Positions 10,894-20,451 of a DNA stretch of 64,000 nucleotides are shown here, piece by piece. A program made the position numbers and the translations under genes. This DNA is from Alphaproteobacteria bacterium. GTDB taxonomy: Bacteria > Pseudomonadota > Alphaproteobacteria > SHVV01. The stretch's first letter is position 1; each line of letters begins with the position of its first letter. The stretch lies in the NCBI GenBank assembly GCA_965261735.1, contig OZ253470.1, forward strand, positions 3,488,001 to 3,552,000, written 5' to 3'. Below the pieces are notes generated by a model, which did not search any database, was not told where the DNA came from, and worked only from the letters and a program-made list of their open reading frames with translations.

Positions 10894-12825
10894 ATGGAGA
10901 AGATGGTCGCTGGTGATCCGGAGACCCGCTCAACGGATATCGTCGCCGACAATCTTCAAAGGCTAAAGGCGTTGTTTCCCGAAGCGTTTACCGAGGGGAA
11001 GGCGGATTTCACGGTGTTCCGGCAGCTTCTCGGCGGCGCCGTGGACGAAAGTGAGGAGAAGTACGGTCTCAACTGGCACGGCAAACGCCGCGCACGGCAG
11101 CTCGCGCTCACGCCATCGGCAGGGACCCTACGCCCGTGCCCAGAGGACAGCGTCGATTGGGAAACGACGCAGAACCTGATGATCGAAGGCGATAACCTGG
11201 AGGTTTTGAAGCTCCTCCAGAAGAGCTACGCCGGTAAGGTCAAGCTCATCTACATCGATCCGCCTTACAATACAGGGAATGATTTTGTCTATCCGGACGA
11301 CTACAGAGACAACCTTAGAAACTACTTCGAGTTGACAGGCCAGACCGACGATCACGGGCGGAAATTGTCATCGAATACTGAGGCGTCGGGGCGTTTTCAC
11401 ACCGATTGGCTAAATATGATGTATCCACGCCTAAAATTAGCGCGTAACCTACTCAGAGATGATGGAATAATCACAGTCAATATTGATGATGGTGAAGCAG
11501 CTCAATTGAAACTTCTTATGTCTGATATATTTGGAGAAGAAAATTTCTTGGCTTCTATATCTTGGGAAAAACGATATACAAGAAGCAACAATGCTCGTTT
11601 GTTTTACTCGCTGAAGGACACACTCGTCACATTTCGGAAGTCGGCTTCCGTACAAATTCTTCGAGAAAAGCGAGGTGAAAAACAGCGATCGATTTATTCT
11701 AATCCAGATAGTGATCCCCGAGGTGATTGGACCAGTTCATCGTATGTCAATCCCGCCACCAAACAACAAAGACCAAATCTCGTGTACTCGATAGAGAATC
11801 CCCACACGGGTGAGACGATTGAGCATCCTACCCATGCTTGGAAATACGAACGATCAGAGCATATCCGGCATGTGAAGGAAGAGAGACTTTGGTGGGGACA
11901 AGATGGAAACGCTAAGTTTCCACGCCTAAAGAACTTCCTTGTCGAAATGGGAGACGGGATGGTTCCTGTTGATCTTTGGCATTATAAAGAGACCGGAACT
12001 ACTGATGAAGGAGGACATGAAGTTAAGAGGCTGTTCGGAGATGCGGTTTTTGACAATCCCAAACCAACTCGACTAATTCGTCGAATAATTTCTCTCATCG
12101 ACTCAACTGTCTCGACGACCGATACAGGGAGGCCGATTATTCTCGACTTCTTCGCGGGGTCGGGCACAACAGCACATGCCGTAATGGCATACAGTTCGGA
12201 GGACACCGTCCCTCGTCGCTATATTCTTGTCCAGCTCCCAGAATCACTTGATCCAAGAAACAGGGAACAGAAAGTGGCGTCGGATTTTTGTGACAAACTC
12301 CGCAAACCTCGTAATATCGCCGAGCTGACCAAGGAGCGACTCCGCCGCGCAGCTCGCAAGATCAAGGACGAGAACCCAGGTTATGACGGCGATCTTAGCT
12401 TTCGCGTCTTCAAGCTCGATACGTCCAACATCCGAGCCTGGAATCCAGCGCCGGACGACCTGGAAGGCGCGCTGCTTTCCAGCCTCGATCACATCGAGCC
12501 CGGCCACTCTGAACAGGACATCCTTTATGAACTGCTTCTGAAGCTCGGCCTCGATCTCTGCCTTCCTATCGAGACGCGGGCAATTGTGGGCAAGTCCGTG
12601 CACTCGGTGGGCGTCGGGACCCTGATTGCCTGCCTCGATGAGGCGATCTCCCTCAGTGAGGTGGAGCCGCTAGCCCTCGGTATTGCTGACTGGCATGACG
12701 CGCTTGCGCCCGCGGGAGAGAGCACCTTGGTCTTCCGCGATAGCGCCTTCGCCGACGATGTCGCCAAGACGAACCTCGCCGCGATACTTGGGCAGCGCGG
12801 CCTTGGGAACGTCCGAAGTCTGTGA
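10894..12825 (+). CDS. mod: Type III R-M methyltransferase (m6A, beta class)
   Basis: IEGDNLEVLKLL, catalytic DPPY, SAM-binding DFFAGSGTTAH. Alternative GTG start at 10876. Confidence 0.95.
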   Translation: MEKMVAGDPETRSTDIVADNLQRLKALFPEAFTEGKADFTVFRQLLGGAVDESEEKYGLNWHGKRRARQLALTPSAGTLRPCPEDSVDWETTQNLMIEGDNLEVLKLLQKSYAGKVKLIYIDPPYNTGNDFVYPDDYRDNLRNYFELTGQTDDHGRKLSSNTEASGRFHTDWLNMMYPRLKLARNLLRDDGIITVNIDDGEAAQLKLLMSDIFGEENFLASISWEKRYTRSNNARLFYSLKDTLVTFRKSASVQILREKRGEKQRSIYSNPDSDPRGDWTSSSYVNPATKQQRPNLVYSIENPHTGETIEHPTHAWKYERSEHIRHVKEERLWWGQDGNAKFPRLKNFLVEMGDGMVPVDLWHYKETGTTDEGGHEVKRLFGDAVFDNPKPTRLIRRIISLIDSTVSTTDTGRPIILDFFAGSGTTAHAVMAYSSEDTVPRRYILVQLPESLDPRNREQKVASDFCDKLRKPRNIAELTKERLRRAARKIKDENPGYDGDLSFRVFKLDTSNIRAWNPAPDDLEGALLSSLDHIEPGHSEQDILYELLLKLGLDLCLPIETRAIVGKSVHSVGVGTLIACLDEAISLSEVEPLALGIADWHDALAPAGESTLVFRDSAFADDVAKTNLAAILGQRGLGNVRSL

Positions 12826-12851
12826 TGCCGACTGGTTTAGGGAGACTGCCC

Positions 12852-13016
12852 ATGAATCGGCATGAGCGACTGTCGCAGACCATTCTTTCCGCGGACGGTC
12901 GGACGCGAACATCCGCTTCTCCGACCTGGGGAGCACTGATGGTGTATCTGGGATTCGAGGCGCGCATGCGCGGGAGCCATCACCTCCATTGGAAGGAAGG
13001 CGTTGCGAAACCGTAA
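12852..13016 (+). pseudogene. hicA: HicA-family toxin remnant
   Basis: Two frames together give MNRHERL..., RSDANIRFSDL and LGFEARMRGSHH.WKEGV (HicA GSH motif). Frameshifted and prematurely stopped. Confidence 0.65.
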
Positions 13017-13042
13017 GAACCAAAGCAAGATTCTCTCCGGCC

Positions 13043-16036
13043 ATGATGAAGCTCCGTTTCGAACCAGACCTCGACTTTCAATTGCAAGCGGTAGACGCCG
13101 TCTGCGGACTGTTCCGCGGGCAAGAGGTCTGCAGGACGGAGTTCACGGTCACCCGAGATCGGGTGGACCCGCAAGAAAAGTTGGCTTTCGCCCAGAATGA
13201 TCTCGGCGTTGGCAACCGGCTGAACCTGCTAGACGATGAGATACTCGCGAACCTAAATAACATCCAGCTTGGAAACGGCCTGCCGCCGGCCAAATCCTTG
13301 GACTCGGGAGACTTTACCGTGGACATGGAGACCGGAACTGGCAAGACCTACGTTTATCTTCGTACGATCTTCGAGCTGAACAAGCGCTACGGATTCACTA
13401 AGTTCGTCATCGTCGTTCCGTCGGTCGCGATTAAGGAAGGCGTCTACAAGTCGCTCCAGATGACCGACGACCACTTCCGGGCGCTCTATTCGGGCATCCC
13501 GTTCGAGTATTTCCTCTACGATTCGTCGAAGCTCGGCCAGGTTCGCAATTTCGCCACTAGCCCGCAGATTCAAATAATGGTGGTGACGGTCGGCGGCATC
13601 AACAAGAAAGAAGTCAACAACCTTTACAAGGACAGTGAGAAGTCCGGCGGCGAGAAGCCGATCGATCTCATCAAAGCCACCCGGCCTATTCTGATCGTGG
13701 ACGAGCCGCAGAGCGTGGACGGTGGCCTTGCGGGACGGGGGAAGGAAGCACTCGATGCGATGAACCCGCTCTGCACGCTGCGATACTCGGCAACGCATGT
13801 GGACAAGCACCACATGATCTATCGGCTCGATGCCGTCGATGCCTACGAACGCAAGCTGGTCAAGCAGATCGAGGTTGCGTCCGCCACCGTCGAAGACGCC
13901 CACAACAAGCCTTATGTCCGGCTGATCTCGACAAGCAATATACGCGACGTCATCAGCGCCAAGGTCGAACTCGATGTCGAATCCGCCGGACGCGTGTGGC
14001 GCAGCGAGAGAACAGTTCAGGACGGCGACGATCTCGAACAGGAGACAAGCCGCGCCGTTTATCGCGACTGCCGCATAGGTGAGATCCGGGTCGGGAAAGG
14101 AATCGCGTCCGTCGAACTTCGCGTGCCCGGCGAGGAGCGCTATCTCCGGGAGGGCGAAACCTGGGGAGATGTGGACGCCTCAGCCATTCAGCGTCAGATG
14201 ATCCGGCGGACCATTCGCGAGCATCTCGATAAAGAGAAACGCTTGCGCCCACAGGGAATTAAGGTGCTCAGCCTCTTCTTCATCGACGCCGTAGAGCGTT
14301 ACCGCCGTTACGACGAGGCGGGCATTCCGATCAAGGGCGAATATGCCCGGATGTTCGAGGAGGAATACCGGCGCCTCGCGGGCCATCCCGACTACGTCTC
14401 TTTGTTCCAGGAAGTGGACCTCACTGCCGCCGCCGAGGAGGTCCACGACGGGTACTTTTCGATCGACAGGAAGGGCGGCTGGTCGGATACCGCCGAGAAC
14501 AACCAAATCAATCGCGACAATGCCGAGCGTGCGTACAACCTCATCATGAAAGAGAAGGAGAAGCTGCTGAGTCTCGACGTGCCGCTCAAGTTCATCTTCT
14601 CCCATTCGGCGCTGCGCGAGGGGTGGGACAACCCGAATGTCTTCCAAATCTGCGCCCTGCGCGACATCCAGTCCGAGCGCGAACGGCGGCAGACGATCGG
14701 GCGCGGCCTGCGTCTCTGCGTCAACCAGCACGGTGAGCGCTTGCGCGGTTTCGAAGTGAATACGCTGACGGTGGTCGCCAGGGAGAGCTACGAGGAGTTC
14801 GCCGAGAACCTGCAACGCGAGATCGAGGAGGATACCGGCATCCGCTTTGGCGTCATCGGACCACACCAGTTCGCACAGATTTCAGTGGTCGGCGACGGCG
14901 GAGAAACGAGAGCCCTCGGGTTCGGTAAGTCACAGACCCTCTACGAGCATCTCCAAGCGGAAGGCTACATCGACGCAAAGGGGCGGATACAGGACTCTCT
15001 CCGCAAGGCGATCAAGGACGACAGCTTTGATGTGCCTAAAGAATTTTCCGCGCAGCGCGCGGGCATCGTTTCCGTGTTGCGTAAACTCGCCGGGCGCCTG
15101 GAAATCAAGAATGCCGACGAACGTCAGACGGTCCGCCCGCGCCAGGCCGTGCTCGACAGCGCGGACTTCAAGGCATTGTGGGACCGCATCAAGCACAAGA
15201 CCACCTATCGAGTGGCCTTCGACAACGAAGCCCTGCTAGAAAAATGCGCCGCTGCGTTGCGCAACGCGCCGGCAATCCCCAAAACCAGGCTGCAATGGCG
15301 CAAGGCCGACATTGCAATCGGTCAGGCGGGCGTTGAGGCAACCGAGATTGCCGGGTCGGCGACTGTCGTTCTAGATGAAGCCGAAATCGAGCTGCCCGAC
15401 CTGCTTACCGAGCTTCAGAACCGGACGCAGCTCACGCGGCGCAGCATTCATCGAATCCTTGTTGGAAGTCGGCGTCTTGACGACTTCAAGCGGAATCCGC
15501 AGCAATTCATCGAGCTTGCCACGCAGGCCGTCAATAGCTGCAAGCGACAGGCGCTGGTGGACGGCATCAAGTATCAGAGAATCGGGGATGAGTCCTATTA
15601 CGCGCAGGAACTCTTTGAGCAGGAAGAGCTTACCGGCTACCTCAGGAACATGGTGGACGCTGGTAAATCGGTGTACGAGAAGGTTGTCTACGAGTCCGAT
15701 ACCGAGGCCCGGTTTTCCGATCAACTTGAGAAGAACACCGCCATCAAGGTGTACGCCAAACTTCCTGGCTGGTTCACGGTGCCAACGCCGCTAGGGAGCT
15801 ACAACCCGGACTGGGCTGTTCTTATGGAATCCGGTGAGGGCGAACGGCTGTATCTGGTTGTTGAAACGAAAGCGAGTACGCTGCTCGACGACCTCCGGCT
15901 GACGGAAACCGCCAAGATCGAATGTGGCAAGGCGCACTTCAAGGCGCTTGCGATTCGAGAAGACTCGGCCCGATATGAAGTTGCCGCCAGCGTCGACGAA
16001 TTGCTCGCGGGTGTGGGTGGGGTGCTGTCACGGTAA
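13043..16036 (+). CDS. res: Type III R-M restriction subunit
   Basis: METGTGKT, DEPQ, SALREGWD and QTIGRGLR helicase motifs, plus C-terminal NPDW...VVETK PD-(D/E)xK nuclease. Confidence 0.95.
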   Translation: MMKLRFEPDLDFQLQAVDAVCGLFRGQEVCRTEFTVTRDRVDPQEKLAFAQNDLGVGNRLNLLDDEILANLNNIQLGNGLPPAKSLDSGDFTVDMETGTGKTYVYLRTIFELNKRYGFTKFVIVVPSVAIKEGVYKSLQMTDDHFRALYSGIPFEYFLYDSSKLGQVRNFATSPQIQIMVVTVGGINKKEVNNLYKDSEKSGGEKPIDLIKATRPILIVDEPQSVDGGLAGRGKEALDAMNPLCTLRYSATHVDKHHMIYRLDAVDAYERKLVKQIEVASATVEDAHNKPYVRLISTSNIRDVISAKVELDVESAGRVWRSERTVQDGDDLEQETSRAVYRDCRIGEIRVGKGIASVELRVPGEERYLREGETWGDVDASAIQRQMIRRTIREHLDKEKRLRPQGIKVLSLFFIDAVERYRRYDEAGIPIKGEYARMFEEEYRRLAGHPDYVSLFQEVDLTAAAEEVHDGYFSIDRKGGWSDTAENNQINRDNAERAYNLIMKEKEKLLSLDVPLKFIFSHSALREGWDNPNVFQICALRDIQSERERRQTIGRGLRLCVNQHGERLRGFEVNTLTVVARESYEEFAENLQREIEEDTGIRFGVIGPHQFAQISVVGDGGETRALGFGKSQTLYEHLQAEGYIDAKGRIQDSLRKAIKDDSFDVPKEFSAQRAGIVSVLRKLAGRLEIKNADERQTVRPRQAVLDSADFKALWDRIKHKTTYRVAFDNEALLEKCAAALRNAPAIPKTRLQWRKADIAIGQAGVEATEIAGSATVVLDEAEIELPDLLTELQNRTQLTRRSIHRILVGSRRLDDFKRNPQQFIELATQAVNSCKRQALVDGIKYQRIGDESYYAQELFEQEELTGYLRNMVDAGKSVYEKVVYESDTEARFSDQLEKNTAIKVYAKLPGWFTVPTPLGSYNPDWAVLMESGEGERLYLVVETKASTLLDDLRLTETAKIECGKAHFKALAIREDSARYEVAASVDELLAGVGGVLSR

Positions 16037-16826
16037 CTGGCTGGTGTCAGCTGCGGGTGGCGAGTAGCTTCCTGTTATGAACAAGATCAGCTACCGCCGA
16101 CATCGGTTTCCTGCAGAGATAATCCAGCGCGCCGTCTGGCTGTGTTTCCGGTTTCCGCTCAGTTACCGCGATGTGGAGGATCTGCTCGCTGAACGTGGTG
16201 TCGATGTTTCTTACGAGACGATACGGCGCTGGGCTTTAAAGTTTGGGCAGGCCTATGCCCGAAAACTGAGACAATCACGCCCTCGACCAGACGACCGGTG
16301 GCACCTTGATGAGGTGTTTTCCTCCATCAACGGAAAACGGATGTATCTATGGCGGGCGGTGGACAGCGAGGGTGAGGTGCTGGATATCCTGGTTCAGTCC
16401 CGGAGGAACAAGAAAGCAGCACTCAAGCTGATGCGCAAACTGCTCAAGAAGCAGGGGTATGCGCCGAATAAGGTGGTGACCGATAAACTGCCATCTTACG
16501 GGGCAGCATTGCGTGATCTCAACATGACGGGGAAACACGTTACCGGCGGACGGAGCAACAATCGGGCGGAGAATTCGCACCTGCCGATTCGACAACGAGA
16601 ACGCAGGATGCAGGGCTTCAAGTCATCAGGATCGGCGCAAAGGTTTCTCTCCACCCACGCCGCCATCTACAACACCTTCAATGTCCAACGTCATCTGATC
16701 ACTCGCAAGACAATGCGCCAATTCCGCGGTGACGCGATGAACACGTGGCGGACCGTGACCGCGGCTGCTTGAGCCGCTCAGTTCAGACGTTCAACTGCGA
16801 CCTGCCTTCGTTAAGTTGACAGCACC
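16021..16826 (+). mobile_element. IS6-family element (transposase 16077..16772)
   Basis: Inverted repeats GGTGCTGTCA...TGACAGCACC. Transposase motifs YRRHRFP, WHLDE, WRAVD, VTDK, NNRAENSH. No target duplication. Confidence 0.92.
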
Positions 16827-17103
16827 ACGACATGGGCGGGACGCTGGTGCGCGGCATCGGGCTGGTGCGGGCCAAGGCACGGATCGGGCTGAAGAACCTC
16901 GCCTACAACATGCGCCGCCTGGTGCAGTTGGAGCGCCTCGCGGCGGCGGCGCCACCGTGACGGTATTCAGGACAGGAGTCCGTGCAGGCTACGAGTTTCG
17001 GAATCAAATCAACCGCTCAGGAGCGACCGAACGCCAAAATCCCGAGGCCGGGTCACGTCCGCTGCCCCGGTTCGGGCTCATCTGGGCATTTTTCGAGGTG
17101 CCC
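16827..17103 (+). mobile_element. IS5-family 3' remnant
   Basis: Translates IGLVRAKARIGLKNLAYNMRRLVQL and ends in TTTTTCGAGGTGCCC (right IR). Confidence 0.7.
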
Positions 17104-17236
17104 TTGTGTCCAAGGAACCGGGTGCGCTACACAGGTAACTTAACCGAGAGCATTCTGGCGCCATGGGCAACAATCGGAAAGCGTTAACGATAAGCCGTTA
17201 GGCTGTACGACTAGCCGAGGCAGTGGATGATATGAA

Positions 17237-18115
17237 ATGAGCAGCAACTACCTGAAGCCGACCCGGATGCAGTTGAAGAATCATCCCGAGCTTAACGAAA
17301 AGTGGGTTCAAAACATTATTGCGGACGATCCCTCCGTCCTCGGGCTTGGCGATTTGGTGCTCAGAGATGTGGAGAGGGTACAGCCCCGTGCAGGCCGTCT
17401 TGATCTTTTGTTGCAAGACTCCGAGACCCAACGCAGGTACGAGGTAGAGCTTCAACTTGGGTCAACGGATGAAGCTCACATTATCCGTACGATCGAGTAT
17501 TGGGATATCGAGAAAAAGCGTTATCCGCAATATGATCATTGTGCTGTTCTCGTAGCAGAAGACATAACGAGTCGGTTCCTGAACGTTATTTCTCTTTTTA
17601 ACGGCACGATGCCTCTGATCGCAATTCAGATGCAGGCACTCAAGGTAGGCAACAACCTGACGCTTGTCTTCACGCAGGTCTTGGACGAGCTTTTGCGGGG
17701 ACTCGTCGACGAGGATGAAGATGCTGACGCCGAACCAACAGACCGCGCCTACTGGGAGAAACGCGCCACAAAGGCGACTGTGGGTCTGGCCGACGAGATG
17801 CTGGAAATCCTCCGGGGATTCGATCCAACTTTGAATCTAAAATTCAACAAGTTTTACATAGGCCTAGAGAAGAATGGTCAGGCGTATAATTTTGTGACTT
17901 TCAGGCCCAAGAAGAACCTGCTCAATTTCGAGATTAAGTTGCCTCAGACCGATGATCTGGACATCAAAATCGACGATGCCGGCCTCGACACTCTCGAATA
18001 CAATAAAAGATGGGGGCTCTACCGTCTTCGGCTGACAAAGGACGACATAGAATCAAAGTCGGAATTTCTCAAGGATTTGTCGCAGCTTGCCTATGAGCGT
18101 CGAACAAGTCTGTGA
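17237..18115 (+). CDS. NucS/EndoMS-like PD-(D/E)xK protein with an additional C-terminal domain
   Basis: EKWVQNIIADDPSVLGL, GRLDLL and YEVELQ. Lower GC than its flanks. Confidence 0.65.
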   Translation: MSSNYLKPTRMQLKNHPELNEKWVQNIIADDPSVLGLGDLVLRDVERVQPRAGRLDLLLQDSETQRRYEVELQLGSTDEAHIIRTIEYWDIEKKRYPQYDHCAVLVAEDITSRFLNVISLFNGTMPLIAIQMQALKVGNNLTLVFTQVLDELLRGLVDEDEDADAEPTDRAYWEKRATKATVGLADEMLEILRGFDPTLNLKFNKFYIGLEKNGQAYNFVTFRPKKNLLNFEIKLPQTDDLDIKIDDAGLDTLEYNKRWGLYRLRLTKDDIESKSEFLKDLSQLAYERRTSL

Positions 18116-18119
18116 TTGG

Positions 18120-18236
18120 CCGATCCCTGGCACCACACATGCTGCCGTCGGGTGTGCCGTCACGCCGAAGTGGACGATCTGCCTGCGTTCGTGGTGCAAA
18201 ACGATGAAGACCATGAGAAGCCGGAACGTGGCAGTC
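18120..18236 (-). pseudogene. DDE transposase (integrase core) fragment
   Basis: PTATFRLLMVFIVLHHERRQIVHFGVTAHPTAA. Confidence 0.6.
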
Positions 18237-18368
18237 GGCTTTGTCAGTTCAACCGGATTCACTCCGAAATCTAGGTAAATTATGGGTGGCTTCTCTACGC
18301 AAGTTCAATGGCTTAGCCTCATGGAGAAATGCCGAAAACAGTCTACAATCAGTTAACTTGACCATGCC
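18237..18368. mobile_element. About 130-bp MITE with IS6-like ends; a partial second copy lies at 62769..62817
   Basis: Ends GGCTTTGTCAGTTCAAC ... GTTAACTTGACCATGCC. The segment ATGGAGAAATGCCGAAA..CTACAATCAGTTAACTTGAC recurs at 62769. Confidence 0.55.
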
Positions 18369-18537
18369 TGCGCGAGGTTTTCGGGGCAATCTTGCCGGCG
18401 AACAGCGGACGATAGTACCAAGCGACGATGCCGGCGGTCAGGTCGAGGAGTCGTTCGCGCCGGAGAAACTCCGCCGGGGGCTTATCGGCGTCAATGCCGC
18501 CGCGATACAGGTCGGGGTCCGTCGGTGAGGAGAAGAC

Positions 18538-18680
18538 ATGTACAAGTCGGAAATAGCCGATCGTCTGGCCGCCAGGTCCGGCATGAACAAGGTCGCTTCA
18601 AGGGACGCGTTGGACCGCGTGTTAGCGACGATCGGCGATGCTCTGACAAATGGCGAGGAGGTGAGCCGAATCGCACGGCG
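18538..18680 (+). pseudogene. HU/IHF-family N-terminal remnant
   Basis: MYKSEIADRLAARSGMNKVASRDALDRVLATIGDALTNGEEV, after which similarity is lost. Confidence 0.7.
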
Positions 18681-18820
18681 TGCCGGCGCGGATCGAGCCA
18701 GATGCGCTGCAGGCCGAGGATGGCGCTGTCGGCGCCCTAACCGGGGTGTTCGCCCGCTCCGGCCAGTGAAGGCGGACAACATTCAGAGTGCTGTCCGGTG
18801 CTATCTTTTGCGGGGCGATC

Positions 18821-19663
18821 ATGCACGATAGTACCGTGAACATCATCTCCTGGAACATGGCTCACAAGCAGGAGTCATGGCGACGCTTGCTGGATATGGA
18901 CATCGACCTTGCGCTCCTTCAGGAAGCTTGCCGTCCGCCCGACGATATTGCCGAGAGGTTCGAAATCGACCCGGCACCCTGGTCCGCTCCCGAACGGCAC
19001 AGCAGGGTGAAGTGGCGCACCGCGATTGTCGTGGTCTCGAACCGCGTAGCTGTCGAATGGTTGACCGCGAAGCCGATCGGACAGGCCGCGTTCGGCGAAC
19101 TCGCGGTCTCCTCGCCCGGCACGCTCACGGCAGCGCGCGTGATGCCGCGCACCGGCGAGCCTTTCATAGCGGTTTCGATCTATGCGGAATTGGAAAACCC
19201 TCTCAGGGACGAGGGGACCTGGATTTACTCGGACGCCTCGACTCATCGGCTTGTCTCGGATCTGGCGGTATTAGTCGGGCGGCAGCACGGACACCGGATT
19301 CTTGTCGCAGGCGACTTGAACCTGATGCGTGGCTACAGCACGGACGGCAGTCCGTATTGGGCTGCGCGCTACAGGACCGTGTTCGACCGCATGGAGGCCA
19401 TGGGTCTGCCCTGCGTCGGGCCGCAGTTCCCCAACGGCAGGCAGGCTGACCCGTGGCCGGAGGTATTGCCGAGAGATAGCCTGAATGTCCCCACCTGGCG
19501 ATTGCCCGGGCGACTTCCGGCCATGGCGGATCGCCAACTCGACTACGTTTTCGCCTCGCAAGGCTTCGGCGATGCCCTGTCGGTCCGCGCTCTCAATGAA
19601 CCGGAGGAATGGGGCCCGAGCGACCATTGCCGGATCGCGATGGAAATCTCGCAACCGGGCTGA
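18821..19663 (+). CDS. Endonuclease/exonuclease/phosphatase (EEP) family protein
   Basis: SWN, LLQE, GDLN, LDYVF and SDH catalytic motifs, all present. Confidence 0.88.
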   Translation: MHDSTVNIISWNMAHKQESWRRLLDMDIDLALLQEACRPPDDIAERFEIDPAPWSAPERHSRVKWRTAIVVVSNRVAVEWLTAKPIGQAAFGELAVSSPGTLTAARVMPRTGEPFIAVSIYAELENPLRDEGTWIYSDASTHRLVSDLAVLVGRQHGHRILVAGDLNLMRGYSTDGSPYWAARYRTVFDRMEAMGLPCVGPQFPNGRQADPWPEVLPRDSLNVPTWRLPGRLPAMADRQLDYVFASQGFGDALSVRALNEPEEWGPSDHCRIAMEISQPG

Positions 19664-19840
19664 CCCGGTTCCCTCGGCGGCAAGTGGGATCGGCTGCTGG
19701 TCACGACCTGAGCTTTCGGGTGACGGCGCGGGGGCTTCGAAGGGGGTTGTCACCCCAGCTGGGTGACCTGGTGCTCATGGCACAGTAATGTCGCTGGATG
19801 CAGAAAATCTCCTATGCCCGATACCGATTTCCACCGCAAC

Positions 19841-19932
19841 AGTTATTCGGCGTGCATATTGGGCGCCGATCGGCGTGCTAACCTATTGACACCGTTTGAG
19901 TCTGTGGGGATAAAGTTCGGTGCCAAATAACA
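19841..19932. repeat. About 90-bp MITE with IS21-like ends, copy 1
   Basis: (A)GTTATTCGGCGTG...CGCCGATCGGCG...TGTGGGGATAAAGTTCGGTGCCAAATAACA. Confidence 0.65.
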
Positions 19933-20094
19933 AGCTGGCAAGACGCGCCCGCCTCATCGGCCATCGACCTCTACGGCGCCTGTTTGGTCTTATGGGGCTG
20001 CGCCGGTGGTGTGCAGTCGTATCTTCCGCTATCGGGCTGATGCGATCATCGGCTTTGTGTGTTTGCGTGTAAATTACCCGGATCGCCGCCGCCA

Positions 20095-20430
20095 TCACAT
20101 GCGCCGCAACGTCCAGAGGACCTTTCCGACGATGTGGGCGTCCTGGGCGAGGCATGTGTAGGGTTCGTACGCGGGGTTGGCGGAGATCAGCCTGAGCCGG
20201 GGCGGCTCGGCGTTGGGCAGGACCTCGACCCGCTTGACCACGAGGCCGGTGCCGTCCCACAGCACCGCCGTCTCGCCGGTGCCGGGTGCGCGGCGGGTCA
20301 CGTCGACCAGCAGCCGGTCGCCGTCGGAGACGAGGGGCTCCATGGAGTCGCCGCGCGCGCGCAGGACACGGAGATTGCCGGGTTCAGCGTCGCCCTCGTG
20401 ACGGATCATTCCCTCGGGCAGGTACCAGCG
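20095..20430 (-). pseudogene. S24 peptidase domain of a LexA/CI-like repressor, N-terminal HTH missing
   Basis: GDSMEP, VVKRV, LISANPAYEP. Confidence 0.75.
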
Positions 20431-20451
20431 CCATGAGGACAGACAGCGCCG

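Noticed and set aside
6927-16036. DISARM or BREX
   Set aside because: No DrmA/DrmB (DUF1998) or PglZ/BrxC, and the MTase and REase are clearly type III Mod and Res.
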